Origin: Chiloscyllium plagiosum
Taxonomy: Eukaryota
Length of the DNA stretch: 64,000 nt
Reading direction: 5' to 3'
Assembly (NCBI RefSeq): GCF_004010195.1
Contig: NC_057720.1
Location: 26,548,890-26,612,889, forward strand
In this document: piece after piece, positions 40,071 through 53,387 of the stretch
How the letters are laid out: every line of letters begins with the position of its first letter
Position numbering within the stretch: position 1 is the stretch's first letter
Program-made: the position numbers and the translations under genes
The notes under the pieces: model-generated
The model's input: only the letters and a program-made list of their open reading frames with translations
Databases searched by the model: none
What the model was told of the DNA's origin: nothing

Positions 40071-41639
40071 AACAGAAATGTTGGAAGGTAGAATGAAGCA
40101 GACTGGAAACCCAATATCATGTTTAAAGAACCAAGCTGCTTCTTAAAACTGGGTGGGCTGTGCACCCACCTTCTGGCATTAGTTAAAACCAAATGTGGCC
40201 CAAGTTGGTCATGGAATTAGTCATCTGACCTGAGCCTTTGACCCTGCTCCCTACCTCACCTAACCCTAAATCTGTCAAACCTCTTGTCAAAGTTCTCAAA
40301 TTTAGTATGGGTTTTACCCCCGAAATCATCCCCATCTACCTCCTGCCAATTTCCCCCTTGGTGCAGTTTGGGACAGGCAAGTGACTGTTTTATATTAATG
40401 TAATTCAAATGGTGCAAGAGTGTGCATGAGTACTTTGCATGAGTAAAAATTCTAAAGATGCTCATAAATAATGAGTGTCTAGTGTCAATCGATATTGCTT
40501 GATCAGTGGGCACTGGGCTGTATACAAAATTTTAAAGGACTCAATAATAAACCCGTTTAATGCTTTAAGACCTATTCTGCACTGATTTTCATTCTTTTCT
40601 CTCTCTGCTGTCATTTGACTTTCATGAGCCTGTCTGCTAATTACTTTGCTTCAAATTTGTTTTTCTTCTAGCTTCATTACTGTCACCAATTGATTTTTCA
40701 ATGGACATTCTCCCATCTCAGCTACTTAAAAAGGTGGAAAAAGCAAACTAGTTGGAGGTAGTGGAGGAAAACTAATCTGTGTGTTCTATGCTCACCACCA
40801 GTATCCATCTGGAAGCAATGGTGTGCACATTTCACCTTGGAAGCCATGAGATCTATTGTTCCCCAGACAACAGACCTGATGAAATTATGTGTGATATTTG
40901 AAAGACTGAATATTGATTCGATCCTTAGAAACATCTTAACCACAGCATGACATGCTAACAGCGGTGATGCCTGTAACAAGGAAGGCATGGCAGGCTGATC
41001 GTCTATTGACAAAGCCTAATTGGTCACATTCGTGAAGATGCACTCAGCTGGGTTGTCAGGCATTGTTACAGCTACCATCGGTAACAGTGGGGAGATGGTT
41101 TCACAGCATCTACATCCACACAGAGTCAGAAGCAAAGCTCACTCCGCTGAAATCACACACCAACGGATGTTCTTTTTGAGCCAGGCATTGTCGGTGTCAA
41201 AAGTGATCAACTTCAATTCTGCCTCCATCCTCTTTTACTCATTGCCATTAAATTGGTTTGTGGTGACCATGCTGTGAAACAACAAACTAGGCTACCTGCC
41301 AACCACCCTCAGCAGTCAGCAATGCAGAAAGAGCAGCTGAGCACATACAGTCATTTCTCTGCCCATTACATTTCTTTTCCTGTTCTTTTTTTTTTGTCTT
41401 TCACTTTCCTTTTTAAAAAAAAAGACTCTCTTTACATTGAGCTTGGTCAAGCACTGCCAAAGTGACAAGATCTTTGCCTCTTTCTCAGAGAATTTACGCT
41501 GATGAGTCATTCACTTTCCCTCAAGATTTACCAGAAACAGTTTTCCATTCAAGTCACTTGGGTCACAGACTCCATTCGTGACTGATGGACAGGGTTCAGG
41601 AAGTCCGAATGATAGTTATTTACTCTCATCCACAGCCTC

Positions 41640-43565
41640 CAACCTCATTGTCCATGAACCTCACACCACCTGATTCTACCTCCTACCAAAAAATCACAAA
41701 CCTGACTTCCCCGATCGACCCATTGTGTCAGCCTGCTCCTGTCTGACTGAACTCATCTCTGCAGACCTTGGCACTGTCCTGTCCTCTTTAGTCCAGGAAC
41801 TCCCCACCTATATTCAAAACACCACCCACACCTTTCACCTTCAAGATTTTCGTTTCCCCAGCCCCCAACGCCTCATTTTCACTATGGACGTGCAGTCCCT
41901 GTACACATCTATCCACCACGATGAAAGTATCCAAGCTCTCCGTTTCTTTCTCTCATAACATCACAACCAGTAAGCTTCCACTGACACCCTCATCTGCCTG
42001 GCTGAACTGGTCCTCACCCTCAACAACTCCTCCCAATCCTCCCACTTTCCCCCAACCAAAAGGGTAGCCATGGGCACTCGCATGGGACCCAGCTTTGCCT
42101 GCCTCTTTGTCGGATACGTGGAACAGTCCATATCCTGCAGTTACACCAGCACAACGCCCAACCTGTCCCTCCGCTACATTGATGACTGTATTGGCACCAT
42201 GAGGAGGTTGAATAGTTCATCAACATTACCAGCATCTTTCACCCCAACCTCAAATTTACCTGGACCATTTCATACACCTCCCTCCCTTCCTGGACCTTTC
42301 CATTTCTGTCTCCAGGGACTGACTAACCACAGACATCTACTTCAAGCTCACTGATTCCTGCAGCTACCTAGACTACACCTCCTCTCACCCTACCTCCTGT
42401 AAAAATGCCATCCCTTATTCCCAATTCCTCCGCCTTTGCTGCATCTGTTCCCAGCGTGACCAATTCCACCATTGAAAATCCCAGATGGCTTCCTTCTTTA
42501 AAGTCCGCAAATTCCCTTCCCACATGGTCAACGATGCCCTCCAGTGCATCTCCTCCACTTCCTGCACCACCGCCCTTGAACACCACCCCTCCCAATGCAA
42601 CATGGACAAAAGCCCCCTGGTCCTCACCTTCCACCCCACCAACCACCGTTTACTATCGCATCAACCTCCACCCCTTTCGCCACCTACTAACAGACCGCAC
42701 GCCAGAGATATATTTTCCTCGCCACCCCTATCAGCATTCCGGAGAGACCATTCCCTCTGTAACGCCCTCGTCACGTCCATGCCCCTCCCCATCAGCCCAC
42801 ACCCCACTCCTGGCACCTTTTCCTGCCACCGCAGGAAGTGCAAAACCTGCGCTCACACTACTCCTCTCATCTCCGTCCAAGGCCCCAAAGGATCCAACAG
42901 AAATTTACCTGTACCTCTACCAATGTCATCTACTGTTTCCGTTGCACCTGATGTGGTCTCATCTATACTGGGGAGACAGGGCGCCTTCTTGCGGATCTTT
43001 TCAGAGACCATCTCTGGAACACCCACACCAACCAACCCTACCGCCCCGTGGCTGAACACTTCAACCCCTACCTCCCACCCTACTCTGTCAAGGACATGTA
43101 GGTCCTGGGCTTCCTCCATTGCTAAACCCTTACCACCCAATGCATGGAGGAAGAATGCCTTATATTCCGCCTTGGGACCCTGCAACCACATGCGATCAAT
43201 GTGGATTTCACCACTTTCCTCGTTTACCCTCCCCCAACATTATTTCTGTCCCAAGCCTCCAACTCAGCAATGCCCTCATGACCTGTCCATCTTCCTTCCC
43301 ATCTATCCACTCCAGCCCCCCCAACTTATCACCTTCTCCCTCACATTCATCTACGTGTTGCTTTCTCAGCTACCTTCCCCCCCACCACACCACCCCCTCT
43401 CCCATTTATCTCTCAGATCCCTGGCCACAAGCCTCATTCCAAATGAAGGGTTTATGCCAAAACGTCAATTCTCCTGCTCCTCCGATGCTACCTGACCTGC
43501 TATGCTTTTCCAGCACTACACTCTCAACTCTGATCTCCAGCATCTGCAGTGCTCACTTTCTCCTG
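41640..43565 (+). mobile_element. Penelope-like retroelement, 5'-truncated; RT plus GIY-YIG pseudogene
   Basis: FYLLPKNHKP..RPIVS, FTMDVQSLYTSI, AMGTRMGPSFACLF, RYIDDCIG, YLDYTSSHP..KNAIPYSQFLR, C..KCKTC, NVIYC..C..CGLIYTGET; decayed family A hammerhead at ~43436. Confidence 0.95.
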
Positions 43566-44650
43566 GGAATTATTTACCGCAGTATTCCTAGCTTCTGACC
43601 TACTCTTGTAACCACTGTGTTTATGTGTGGAGTCCAGTGAGTTTCTGGTCAATGGTAACTCCCAGGATGTAGATTAAGGTACAGTTCAGTGATGGTAAGA
43701 AAAGTGAATGTCAAGAGGTCGTGGTAAGATTGGTGATGTTCATTGCCTGGCGTTTGAATGGCTTGCCACTTGCCAGCCCAAGCCTGGATATTGTCCAAGT
43801 CTGTTGTGTCCAAACATGGACTGCCTCAGTATCTGAGTTTTCTGGAATTGGGTAAACATTAACGAACATCCCACTTCTGACCTTATGATGGAGGGAACGT
43901 CATTGATGAAACAGCTGAAGATTATTAGGCCGAGGACAGTACCCTGAGGAACTCCTGCAGTGATGTCCTGCAGCTATGGTGACTGACCTTCAATAACCAT
44001 GACCATCTTCCTATGTGCCAGATATGACTTCAACCAGAGAGAGTTTGCCACCTAACACCCATTGATTCCTGTCTTGCCAGGGTTCCTTGTTGTCACTTTC
44101 AGTCGAAGACAGCCTTGCTGTCAAGGGCTGTCTCTCTCACCTCACCTTGTGAATTCAGCTCTTTGTTTAATTGTCCACCACCATTCACAACTGGATGTGG
44201 CAGGACTGCAGAGCTGAGATCTGATCTGTTGGTTGAAGGATATCTTAGTTCTGTCTATCAATTGCTGCTTAGATTGACATGCAAGCAGTCTTGTTTAGTA
44301 GCTCCACCAGATTGACATTTCTTTTTTAGATATGTCTAGTGTTGCTCCTGGCATGGCCTCCTAAACTCTACATCGTAGCAGAACCCCTGGCTTGATGGTA
44401 ACTGTCGACTGGGGTATATGCCAGGACATGAGGTGTAGATTGTACAATTCTGCTACCGTTGATGGTCCGTAGCATTTCATGGATGCATTTCTGAAAGGTA
44501 TCCTTTATTCATTCACAGTCTATGGGCTGGTTAGGCAGTTAAGAATCAACTACATTGCTGTGGGTCTGGAGTCACATGTAGGCCAGACCAGGCAAGGATG
44601 GCAGTTTCCTTCCCTAAAGGGCATCGTTGAAAAATCCATCTGGTTCACTA
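43566..44650 (-). mobile_element. Second-family LINE RT fragment plus SINE tail
   Basis: GVPQGTVLGLIIFSCFINDVP in reverse at ~43895-43955; SINE tail at 44505-44650. Confidence 0.7.
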
Positions 44651-44914
44651 AGCGGCAATATAATCTCAATGTTATTATCCTTGTATATCTTTTTGCACCC
44701 TCTCCCTTGCAGAAAATCACAACAGCTGTGTCACCCACAGCACAGATTAAGGTTGTTTCAATTCCTGCATCTTCTTTGCACTTTATTGTGCACTCTTAAA
44801 GGAAGACCCCACTGAGGTTGGAGGTGTCCTTGCTGCCTGCTCAATTGAACAGAATAAAACAGAAAACAGACGAAAGGGATCAGGACATTGGGGAAATCCA
44901 AATCATTCAATTAG

Positions 44915-45522
44915 AAGCAAAGGGGTTCTTCTACAGCTGTACATGGCCCTGGTTTGACCACACCTGGAGTACTGTGTGCAGTTCTGGTCTCCAAATTTGA
45001 GGAAAGACATTCTGGCTATTGAGGGAGTGCAGCGTAGGTTCACGAGGTCAAATCCTGGAATGGCAGGATTACCTTACACTGAAAGACTGGAGTGACTGGG
45101 CTTGTATACCCTTGAGTTTAGAAGACTGAGAGGGGATCTGATTGAGACATACAAGATTATTAAAGGATTGGACACTCTGAAGGCAGGAAACATGTTTCCG
45201 CTGATGGGTGAGTGCCGAACCAGAGGACACAGCTTAAAAATATGGGGTAGACCATTTGGGACAGAGATGAGAAGAAACTTCTTCACCCAGAGAGTGGTGG
45301 CTGTGTGGAATGCTCTGCCCCAGAGGGCAGTGGAGGCCCAGTCTCTGGATTAATTTAAGAAAGAATTAGATAGAGCTCTCAAGGATAGTGGAATCAAGGA
45401 TTATGGAGATAAGGCAGGAACAGGATACTGATTAAGGATGATCAGCCATGATCATATTGAATGGTGGTGCAGGCTCGAAGGGCAGAATGGCCTACTCCTG
45501 CACCTATTGTCTATTGTCTATC
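44915..45522 (+). mobile_element. Young CR1 3' end
   Basis: LEFRRLRGDLIETYKIIKG..TRGHSLKI..FFTQRVV..WNALP; (tattgtc)n tail. Confidence 0.92.
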
Positions 45523-47504
45523 ATTTTCGCTGCAACACACATCTAAGTTTCAGCCAGGTGGTCAGAGTTAAAATGGCCCATTAAACACGATCAGTCCTTC
45601 ACGGCTATGCATGCACAGAACCAGGGATCAATGACAGCTTCTGAACATCAGTAAATGCAATATTTAAATCATGCTGTAATCTACAGTGATGCGCACACTC
45701 CATTTGAATTCAGTTACACCTCAGTGACAGTGATGCATGGTCCACGGTCCAATGTTACTCTTCAGTTATCCCCTGATAAAGCTTAACAAGCCTGCAACAC
45801 AAACCTAGCCTTGCATATCCACCCCAACTGAAGATATCCAATCAACCACTTCACTAGTTAGTTCTATCTGACTCATAGCTATTGAATCGGGGAACCCAAT
45901 TTTCAGACAGCCAGTGTGGAGTCAAGCTATTAAAAAGAATAAAGAGTTCTCTAACTTTTTTTTGCTTCCATTTCTACTTTGAAATTTAATTAGTTTTTGA
46001 TTAAGGGTAACACCATCCAATCAGTATTGTTGAACATCATTAGAATCAAATTTGATGCTAGGTTGATACCCACGAGAGAGAAAACTAGTGTTAAACCAAA
46101 GTGAAAAGAAAATCCAACGTAAAAAAAAAATGTAATTACAATTCAGACTAGCCCATGCATAACAATTCAATTTCTCCCTCATTAGCTGTGCAGTCAGTGC
46201 TCAGAACACTAACAGGGCTTTTTTTTGCTTACCAAATACCAACTAAGTATGACAACCTGAACCCTGAAGGTTCTTATTCTCCAAATTCATTTATTTGAAA
46301 TCACTCCACTGCACCGTCGTCGGCCTTTTTAGCGTAGCATGAATCCTGAACATCCAGCAATGTGTATCATGCATTGTCAAAGTCATAAAAACAAGAACAA
46401 GAATTCCCCACAGGGATGCCTAGTCATTCAAGATTTAATTGTTTCATGTTAGTGCACAGAGTGAAACCACCAGGCGATTATTGTCAGAGGAGAGGGGAGG
46501 AAGGGTAAAAAAGAATGAAAGAAGCAAGCATTCATCATAATTAAATGGTACCACCTCAGTTTGGTTGGTGAGAAGAAAAAGGAGCGAGAGAATAGCTGAG
46601 ACAGTGTCAGAGGGCAATGGAACTGCTTATGCTTCACTCAGAAACTCGTTGATCTATGAGGCTGACTGAAGCAAAGCTGCTGTTACCTTGGAGCCAGTCA
46701 AATCATTATGGATCATAGAGTGTGGGAGGTTTTTTTATTCCTCTGCATTTTGAAAAGTTATTTATTTATTTCTGTGCCAGCTGGTGAAAAATGATTATAG
46801 AACAGAATAAAAAATGTTTCCCATTTACACAGAGTGATAGTGTCAGCACATACTGAGGGCACAGGCTTGATCTGCTTCAAAGCCAAAACTCCTACCAGAG
46901 ATTCAAAGAAGTTTACAGCACACCGTTCTAAAGCCTTAACCATTTGCTTGCTTAAACAAATCGCAATCTTTTGGATCTTGACCTTTATGCTCCAGTTTCT
47001 GAAACCTAAAGTCATTCGCCTGCTTTGTGTCTTGCAGTGTTGGGAGAGATCATTAATGTTTTTTTTAAAGTACAAAATCTCAATTAGTTACTAAAATGAT
47101 GAGGTCACAATATTCCATTTTTTAAGAATGGAATAAAATTATAATACAAGAGTCAAGCAAAGTAAACACTAAACAATATCTTGAATAACTTATTTTGCAC
47201 AAAACATCCACAAGAAGTTAAATATGAATAAAAGGCAATTTGTAATTACAAACTATTAACTAGAGATTGAATGACAATGTTATAACACAGAGACACAGTC
47301 AAATTAAATCAGCATCCCTTTCCCCTGTATTTACAATAGAGTAAAATTGAAATGCTCGATGATCTTCGAAATGGACCTCAATGGTACCGAAAGAGACTTT
47401 TTGGTTAATCAGTACTTTAGGAATAACTGATCTCATGTTTATACCTTTAAAAGATTAAACTATTTGTTAATAATTCAGTAGCTTGAGCAGATGAAAGATG
47501 TAGA

Positions 47505-48030
47505 GACATGGAGTCCTGGAACTGTACAGCATGGAAACAGACCCTTTGTTCCAACTCATCCATGTTGACCAGATATCCTAAATTAATCTAGTCCCACTTG
47601 CCAGCATTTGGCACACATCCCTCTAAACCCTTCCTATTCCAAAACCCATCCAGATGTGTTTTAAATGTTGCAATCGTACCAGCCTCTACCACTTCCTGTG
47701 ACAGCTCATTCCTACCTGCACCACCCTCTGCATGAAAAACTTGTCCCTAGGACCCTTCTATGTCTTTCCCCTCTCACCTTAAAGCTATGTTTTGGTCTCC
47801 CCGACCCTGAAAACGCCTGGGCTATTCACCCTATCCATGCCCCTTATGATTTTATAAACCTCTATAAACGTCATGCCTTCAGCCTCTGACACTCTAGGGA
47901 AAACAGCCCCAGCCTATTCAGCCTCTCTCTGGCAACATCCTTATAAATCTTTTCTGAACCCTAGCAAGTTTCATAACATCCTTCCTATAACTGGGAGACC
48001 AGAATTGCACACAATATTCCAAAAGTGCCC
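47505..48030 (-). mobile_element. CR1 3' end
   Basis: Homologous to 5750-6120 and 12878-13400. Confidence 0.85.
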
Positions 48031-48109
48031 ATAGATCATCTAAGTAATGTCTATCATTTAAATTCAATTTCTAATTCTAGCTCCTCCATGCTCACAAAGA
48101 CAAACACCA

Positions 48110-48428
48110 TAGGCCTAGCAGACTATTGGGCTGCTCTCTCATTGGAGAGACACAACTTATGGTGCTCTAAACTGAGGGTCACTACACCTTAGGCAAGGGG
48201 AGAGGATGAGATGGAGAGTCCTTCATGAATTGAATCCATGCTGTTGGCATCACTCTACATTGCAAACTAGCCATCCAGCATCTCTCCACTCTACAGGCAC
48301 CCTGCCTCTATTCCTGATGAAGGGCTTTTGCCCAAAACGTCGACTTTCCTGCTCCTTGGATGCTGCCTGATCTACTGTGCTTTTCCAGCACCACTCTAAC
48401 CTAGATCCAGCCAACGGAGTTAAACTAA
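48110..48428 (-). mobile_element. tRNA-derived SINE (third family) split by a family A insert
   Basis: Reverse A/B-box-like motifs; sequence resumes after 48411. Confidence 0.5.
48280..48404 (+). mobile_element. Family A hammerhead element with 7-bp TSD
   Basis: ATCCAGC at 48273-48279 and 48405-48411; hammerhead at 48310-48345 with G12>A. Confidence 0.8.
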
Positions 48429-48999
48429 TTTTGTGGTCCTGGAGCTTTTTATTGTACACTATGCAATCTATCAAACACTTACATTTCTACAATCTGCAAT
48501 TTGAAGATCACATTACCTCAAAATGCAACTTCCTTTTACTTTCCAAACAGCATCCGTGAATGCAACATAACATTTCCATTCTCTGCTGTCACTGAACTCC
48601 ACACAAACCCCACATTATGCATATAAGACTATGGGCTGAGAGTTGACTGTTCAATGCAGGCAATAGCAGATCAAGACACAGTAAATGAGAGAATGGAGGA
48701 AACTTCTGTGTTTTAAGTCGGATAATCAACAGAATGCTTGTGATAAACAGAGTATACAGCATGTGTGTGGGAAAATATATAATGTGTGTGAAATCAGCTG
48801 GGTAATGTAGTCACACTTGACTCAGGAGGATATGGGCTCACCGTCCTCTTTCGGGAGTTTTGAGGTGAAACTTTAAAACCAAAAAAAAATTACAATAAAC
48901 TAACACACAGCCCCGCCCCATATAAAAGATCGATAGTACTATTTCAAACACAAACTTGCCTGATGTCCTTGTCAATTTTTTTTATCTCTCAAGCAGATT

Positions 49000-49150
49000 A
49001 TCCTTCATGAAAACCTATTATCTGATCATTATCTCCAAGTTCTGTGCTTGATATTGTAAATTGGCTGCTGCATTTCCTGCATTACAGAAATGACCACTTC
49101 TTGAAGGGGCATTATTGGCTGGAAAGCACATTGGGTAGTTCTGAGATCAT
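49000..49150 (+). mobile_element. DeuSINE-like (SacSINE1/AmnSINE1) 3' fragment
   Basis: aaattggctgctgcatttcctgcattaca..attggctggaaagcacattggg resembles the Deu-domain 3' region. Confidence 0.5.
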
Positions 49151-50343
49151 TCGATGATACTCAGTTTTGCAAGTGAGACAAAGAAATTGGCTACAATAAA
49201 AAAAAATTGAGAATAGCAATTTATTTCGAAACAGCATATCAGGACTGTGAATGTGATCAGATGTAATATTAAATGAGACCATATGAAAGACTTGTGTAGA
49301 CAGATTGCTTTGTACTGATGGTGAATGAATGACACATTTTTGATAAATTATAGGACAAATACTGATCTTTCACCTGAGAAACTGAGTTCTATACCAGTGC
49401 AGAAAGTGGAAATGAATGATTCCTCTGTCTAACAGTTGATATGGTTGCAAAGTGAAAGGAATTTTAACTGCCTTTCATCAAATTATCATTCAAATACAGC
49501 ACTAACCATAATTCTGCTCACAGAGAAAGGATGAGCATTGTAGAGAGAAAAATTCAAACTCAGAGCAAATGACTTTGAAACTTTGGCACATTGTTACAGC
49601 CTAGAGGGGACTTTATGTTGCATTGACCTGCACCATATCTGGTCTACTTATGCTGGCAATAGGCCAGTGCAGTTATGCAATTTAGTTAATAAGTCAGTTC
49701 CTATTAATACAAATCTGGTTTGATTTTGACAATGCATCTCTAACTTATGTAGGAAGAAGCCTCTCAAGGCCATCAGGGACAAATACAAACCCTATTTTCA
49801 CTAATGCCAGAGTAAGAATCAAGTCCGGTGTATTCCTGCTTTGTCGCTATTCACTGGTGAACTCACTGTATGACAAGGAAATGAATTTTGCATCATCCCC
49901 ATTCACAGATGGGGAGAGGATCTGTGTATTGAACTGCTTGAGCTGAGTGAACAGCACAACAAAATTAGAAAAGTGTCCTTGGGGCCTTTTGTAGTGCAGA
50001 GGTAGCATCCCTATCTCTGGACCAGGAGGCTTGGGTTTATGCCAGAGGTGTGTCATGACATCTTTGAACAGGTTCTTTGGAAAATATCTTGCAGAATGCC
50101 AATATGATCTCATTTTGTTAGACTATCAAAAACTGAAACTCAAATCTTTAAGACTCTGAGAATTTGTAAGAATGACAGGGACAAGAAAGGACAGACTGCC
50201 AATTTTTTAAGACTATTCCCCTAAACTCATCCTCTCCCACGATCTCTCTGACCAATGACTTGGAGTTGCCGGTGTTGGACTCGGGTGGACAAAGTTAAAA
50301 ATCGTTCAACACCAGGTTATAGTCCAACAGGTTTATTTGGAAG

Positions 50344-50378
50344 CACTAGCTTTCAGAGCACCGCTCCTTCATCAGGTG
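50344..50378 (-). ncRNA. Minimal hammerhead ribozyme, family B, intact core
   Basis: CAC-CTGATGA-A-GGAGC(GGT)GCTCT-GAAA-GC-TA-GTG. Confidence 0.75.
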
Positions 50379-50644
50379 ATTATGGAAAATAAGATTATAA
50401 TCACAGAATTTATAGCCAAAGGAGTCCAATGTCATGGAGATGTGATACATTAAACAACTTTAAATCTAATCTTTCATTTTTTAGAATGGGATATGCTGGT
50501 TTTTATTCTTTGATATGTAAATCTCAGAATTTCTTTTAAATTACATTCTCAAGATATGATTTGGAGATGCCGGTGTTGGACTGGGGTTTACAAAGTTAAA
50601 AATCACCCAGCACCAGGTTATAGTCCAACAGGTTTATTTGGAAG

Positions 50645-50679
50645 CACTAGCTTTCGGAACGCCACTCCTTCATCAGGTG
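50645..50679 (-). ncRNA. Minimal hammerhead ribozyme, family B, intact core
   Basis: CAC-CTGATGA-A-GGAGT(GGC)GTTCC-GAAA-GC-TA-GTG. Confidence 0.75.
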
Positions 50680-51644
50680 GTTGTGATGAAGGAGCATCAC
50701 TCCGAAAACCAGTGCTTCCAATTAAACCTGTTGGGCTATAACCTGGTGTTGTGTGATTTTTAACTTTGCATTCTCAAGGTAGCTCAGCTTTTCTAACAAT
50801 AGGTGTGAAGTCTGTCTGTGTCTCCACCAGCACCGACACAGAAAGCCAAAAAAAAAACTCGTCAGAAAGCCAGAGCTTTACCAGCAGATTTTTAAAGTTT
50901 ATTTTTCGAGAGCAGGAGTATTCCCCATGGCCCTGCAAAAGAAATTGCAGACTCTCTTTGATCGCAGAGCACTGACTGTCCTGGAATTCCTTTTCCACAT
51001 CACCTACCACCCCATCACAGTCACCTTGAACCTTGTAGATGAATTCCCAGTTGGCCAATGTCCAGTCCTCTCCCCTCAAATTCCTGGTTATTTTGGTCAG
51101 GAAGCTGGCCAGCAGCACATTTGAATTAAAATGGGCTGGACTGACAACGTGCTAAAGTTAAAGCTCATATTGCCAGACGTTCAAACTCAAATGGACAAAG
51201 ATCCAGTTTATGTTCTACTCTATTGAGCAAATTAACATTCCTGAGGTGAAGCAGAGAGGAAATAAAAGAGAGCTTGTGACATTTTCCCGGAGATTTTTAG
51301 GACATCCCCGAATCGGTGCATATCCTCCTTTACAAAAGTTGCAGAGGGTTTCCAGTCTTCCTTCCAAATCTCCCTGGAACTATGAGGTGCTCAGTATCAG
51401 TGAAGCATCGGAGAAATGGCACTGAACTTTGAATCAGGACTCTCCAGGAATCTGAAGCAAAATGTGGAGGCTCTTTACTCCACACAGCACTTCAGGATGT
51501 TCTTTACAAACTTCCCGGGTGTTAGTTTCTCAGCTCCAGTGCTGATTCAGCCTTTCATGCCCTGTACAAGGTGCTTTGTGCAAAGAGAGAATCAGCAAAA
51601 GTGCTCAATACGGTAAAGGCTCTGAGTACTGGAGATACTTATTT

Positions 51645-52800
51645 TGCTCATTCCTGGGATGTGGGCATCGCTGGCTGGCCAGCATTTATTGCCCATCTCT
51701 AGTTGCCCTTGAGAAGATAACTAACCCTTTATGGCATTGAGGGTGAGTTGGAGGTTTGGATTAGGAGTTGGCTGGCTGGAAGAAGACAGAGGGTAGTAGT
51801 TGATGGCAAAGGTTCATCTTGGAGTGCTGTCACTAGCGGTGTTCCGCAAGGATCTGTTTTGGGACCATTGCTGTTTGTCATTTTTATAAATGACCTGGAG
51901 GAGGGGTTAGAAGGTTGGGTGAGCAAAAAGATGGGTTAAAGTAAGTATTTTTTCATAGTTGTGAGTTAATTATTCTCTGTTACACTTTAAGAAATAAAGT
52001 AGTTAATTATTACTTTAAATAGAACTTGGCCATTCGAATATTTACAGATTACAGCTAAATATTTCTGTGTTGCTCGTTTTAAATTAGGCAGAAAAGTTAA
52101 CACCGACCATCCCCACTGCTCCATGGCCGAACACTTCAACTCACCTCCCACTCCCCCAATGAAGGATATGGAGGCACTTATAGGAAGGATGTGGAGGCAC
52201 TGGAACGGGTGCAGAGGATGTTTACCAGGATGTTGCCTGGTATGGTAGGAAGATCGTATGAGGAAAGGCTGAGGCACTTGGGGTTGTTTTCATTGGAGAA
52301 AAGAAGGTGTAGGGGTTACTTGATAGAGGTGTACAAGATGATTAGGGGTTTAGATAGGGTCGACAGTGAGAATCTTTTTCCAAGGGGGCATAGCTTTAAA
52401 TTAAGCGGTGGTCGGTATAGGACAGATGTTAGGGGTAGTTTCTTTACTCAGCGAGTCATGAGTTCATGGAATGCCCTGCCAGTAGCAGTGGTGGACTCTT
52501 CCTCATTATGGGCATTTAAGCGGGCATTGGATAGGCATATGGAGGATAGTGGGCTAGTGTAGGTTAGGTGGGCTTGGATCGGCGCAACATCGAGGGCCGA
52601 AGGGCCTGTACTGCGCTGTATTCTTCTATGTTCTATGTTTTATGACATTGAGCAGTCTTCTTGAACCACTGTGGATTGACCCACAATGCCATTATGGAGG
52701 GAATTCCAGGAGTATGAGCCAGTGACAGTGAACAAATGGCGATATATTTCCAAGTCAGGATGGTGAGTGGCTTGGAGGGGAACTTGAAGATGATGTTTCT
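51645..52800. mobile_element. Second-family LINE tail (minus) interrupted by a composite CR1 / unknown / Penelope / CR1 insert (plus)
   Basis: CR1 RT at 51731-51925 ([14 protein letters not shown]); GIY-YIG piece MAEHFNSP at ~52100-52175; CR1 3' end at 52176-52645. Confidence 0.75.
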
Positions 52801-52814
52801 ATTATGCTCCATTT

Positions 52815-53170
52815 TGTTTTATTCATTCATGGGATGAGGGCGCCGCTGGCTTAGCCAGCATTTATTGCCCATTCCTAACTGCCCAGAGGGCGGTTAAGTG
52901 TCAACCACATTGCTGTGGGTCTGGAGTCACATGAAAGCCAGACCAAGTAAGGATGGCAGTTTCCTTCCCTAAAAAGGACATTAGTGAACCAGACAGGTTT
53001 TTCTGACAATCGATTCACGGTCATATTAGATTTTTAATTCCAGATTTTATTTTTATCGAATTCAAATTCCATGATCTGCCATGGCAGAATTCAAACCCAG
53101 ATCCTCAGAACATTACTCGGATCTCTGAACCAACTGTCCAGCAATAATATCATGAGCATTGCCTCCCCCG
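52815..53170 (-). mobile_element. tRNA-derived SINE (second family) sharing its tail with the second LINE family
   Basis: Tail matches 51645-51715; tRNA-like head at ~53085-53165. Confidence 0.7.
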
Positions 53171-53387
53171 AGTCTAATGATATGATAGGACTTGTGTGGG
53201 GGAAAACAGAACTTTAGAGGATCTTATAGATTGAACATTTAGGTCCACAAGTCTTCCAATCAATAGTTGTAGTGACAATGTCCAACTCACTAATGTAACT
53301 TATAACCCCATTATCATGCAATAAACGACATCTTGTTTAAAACAACAACCTCTCCTCATTAAGATTCACTAGTTCTCCTCTACCATG

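Larger units (their letters stand above)
50256..50830 (-). mobile_element. Family B element with a family B snap-back copy (50554-50768) nested inside
   Basis: CATTCTCAAG TSD at 50544-50553 and 50769-50778; host is colinear with 53388-53680. Confidence 0.85.

Noticed and set aside
42405..43598. Long ORFs of 216, 336 and 159 aa as a host gene
   Set aside because: They are frames of the frameshifted, C-rich Penelope remnant
50774..51118. 114-aa ORF as a coding exon (likewise 46758-47075 and 9457-9696)
   Set aside because: No recognisable domain or convincing pair of splice sites
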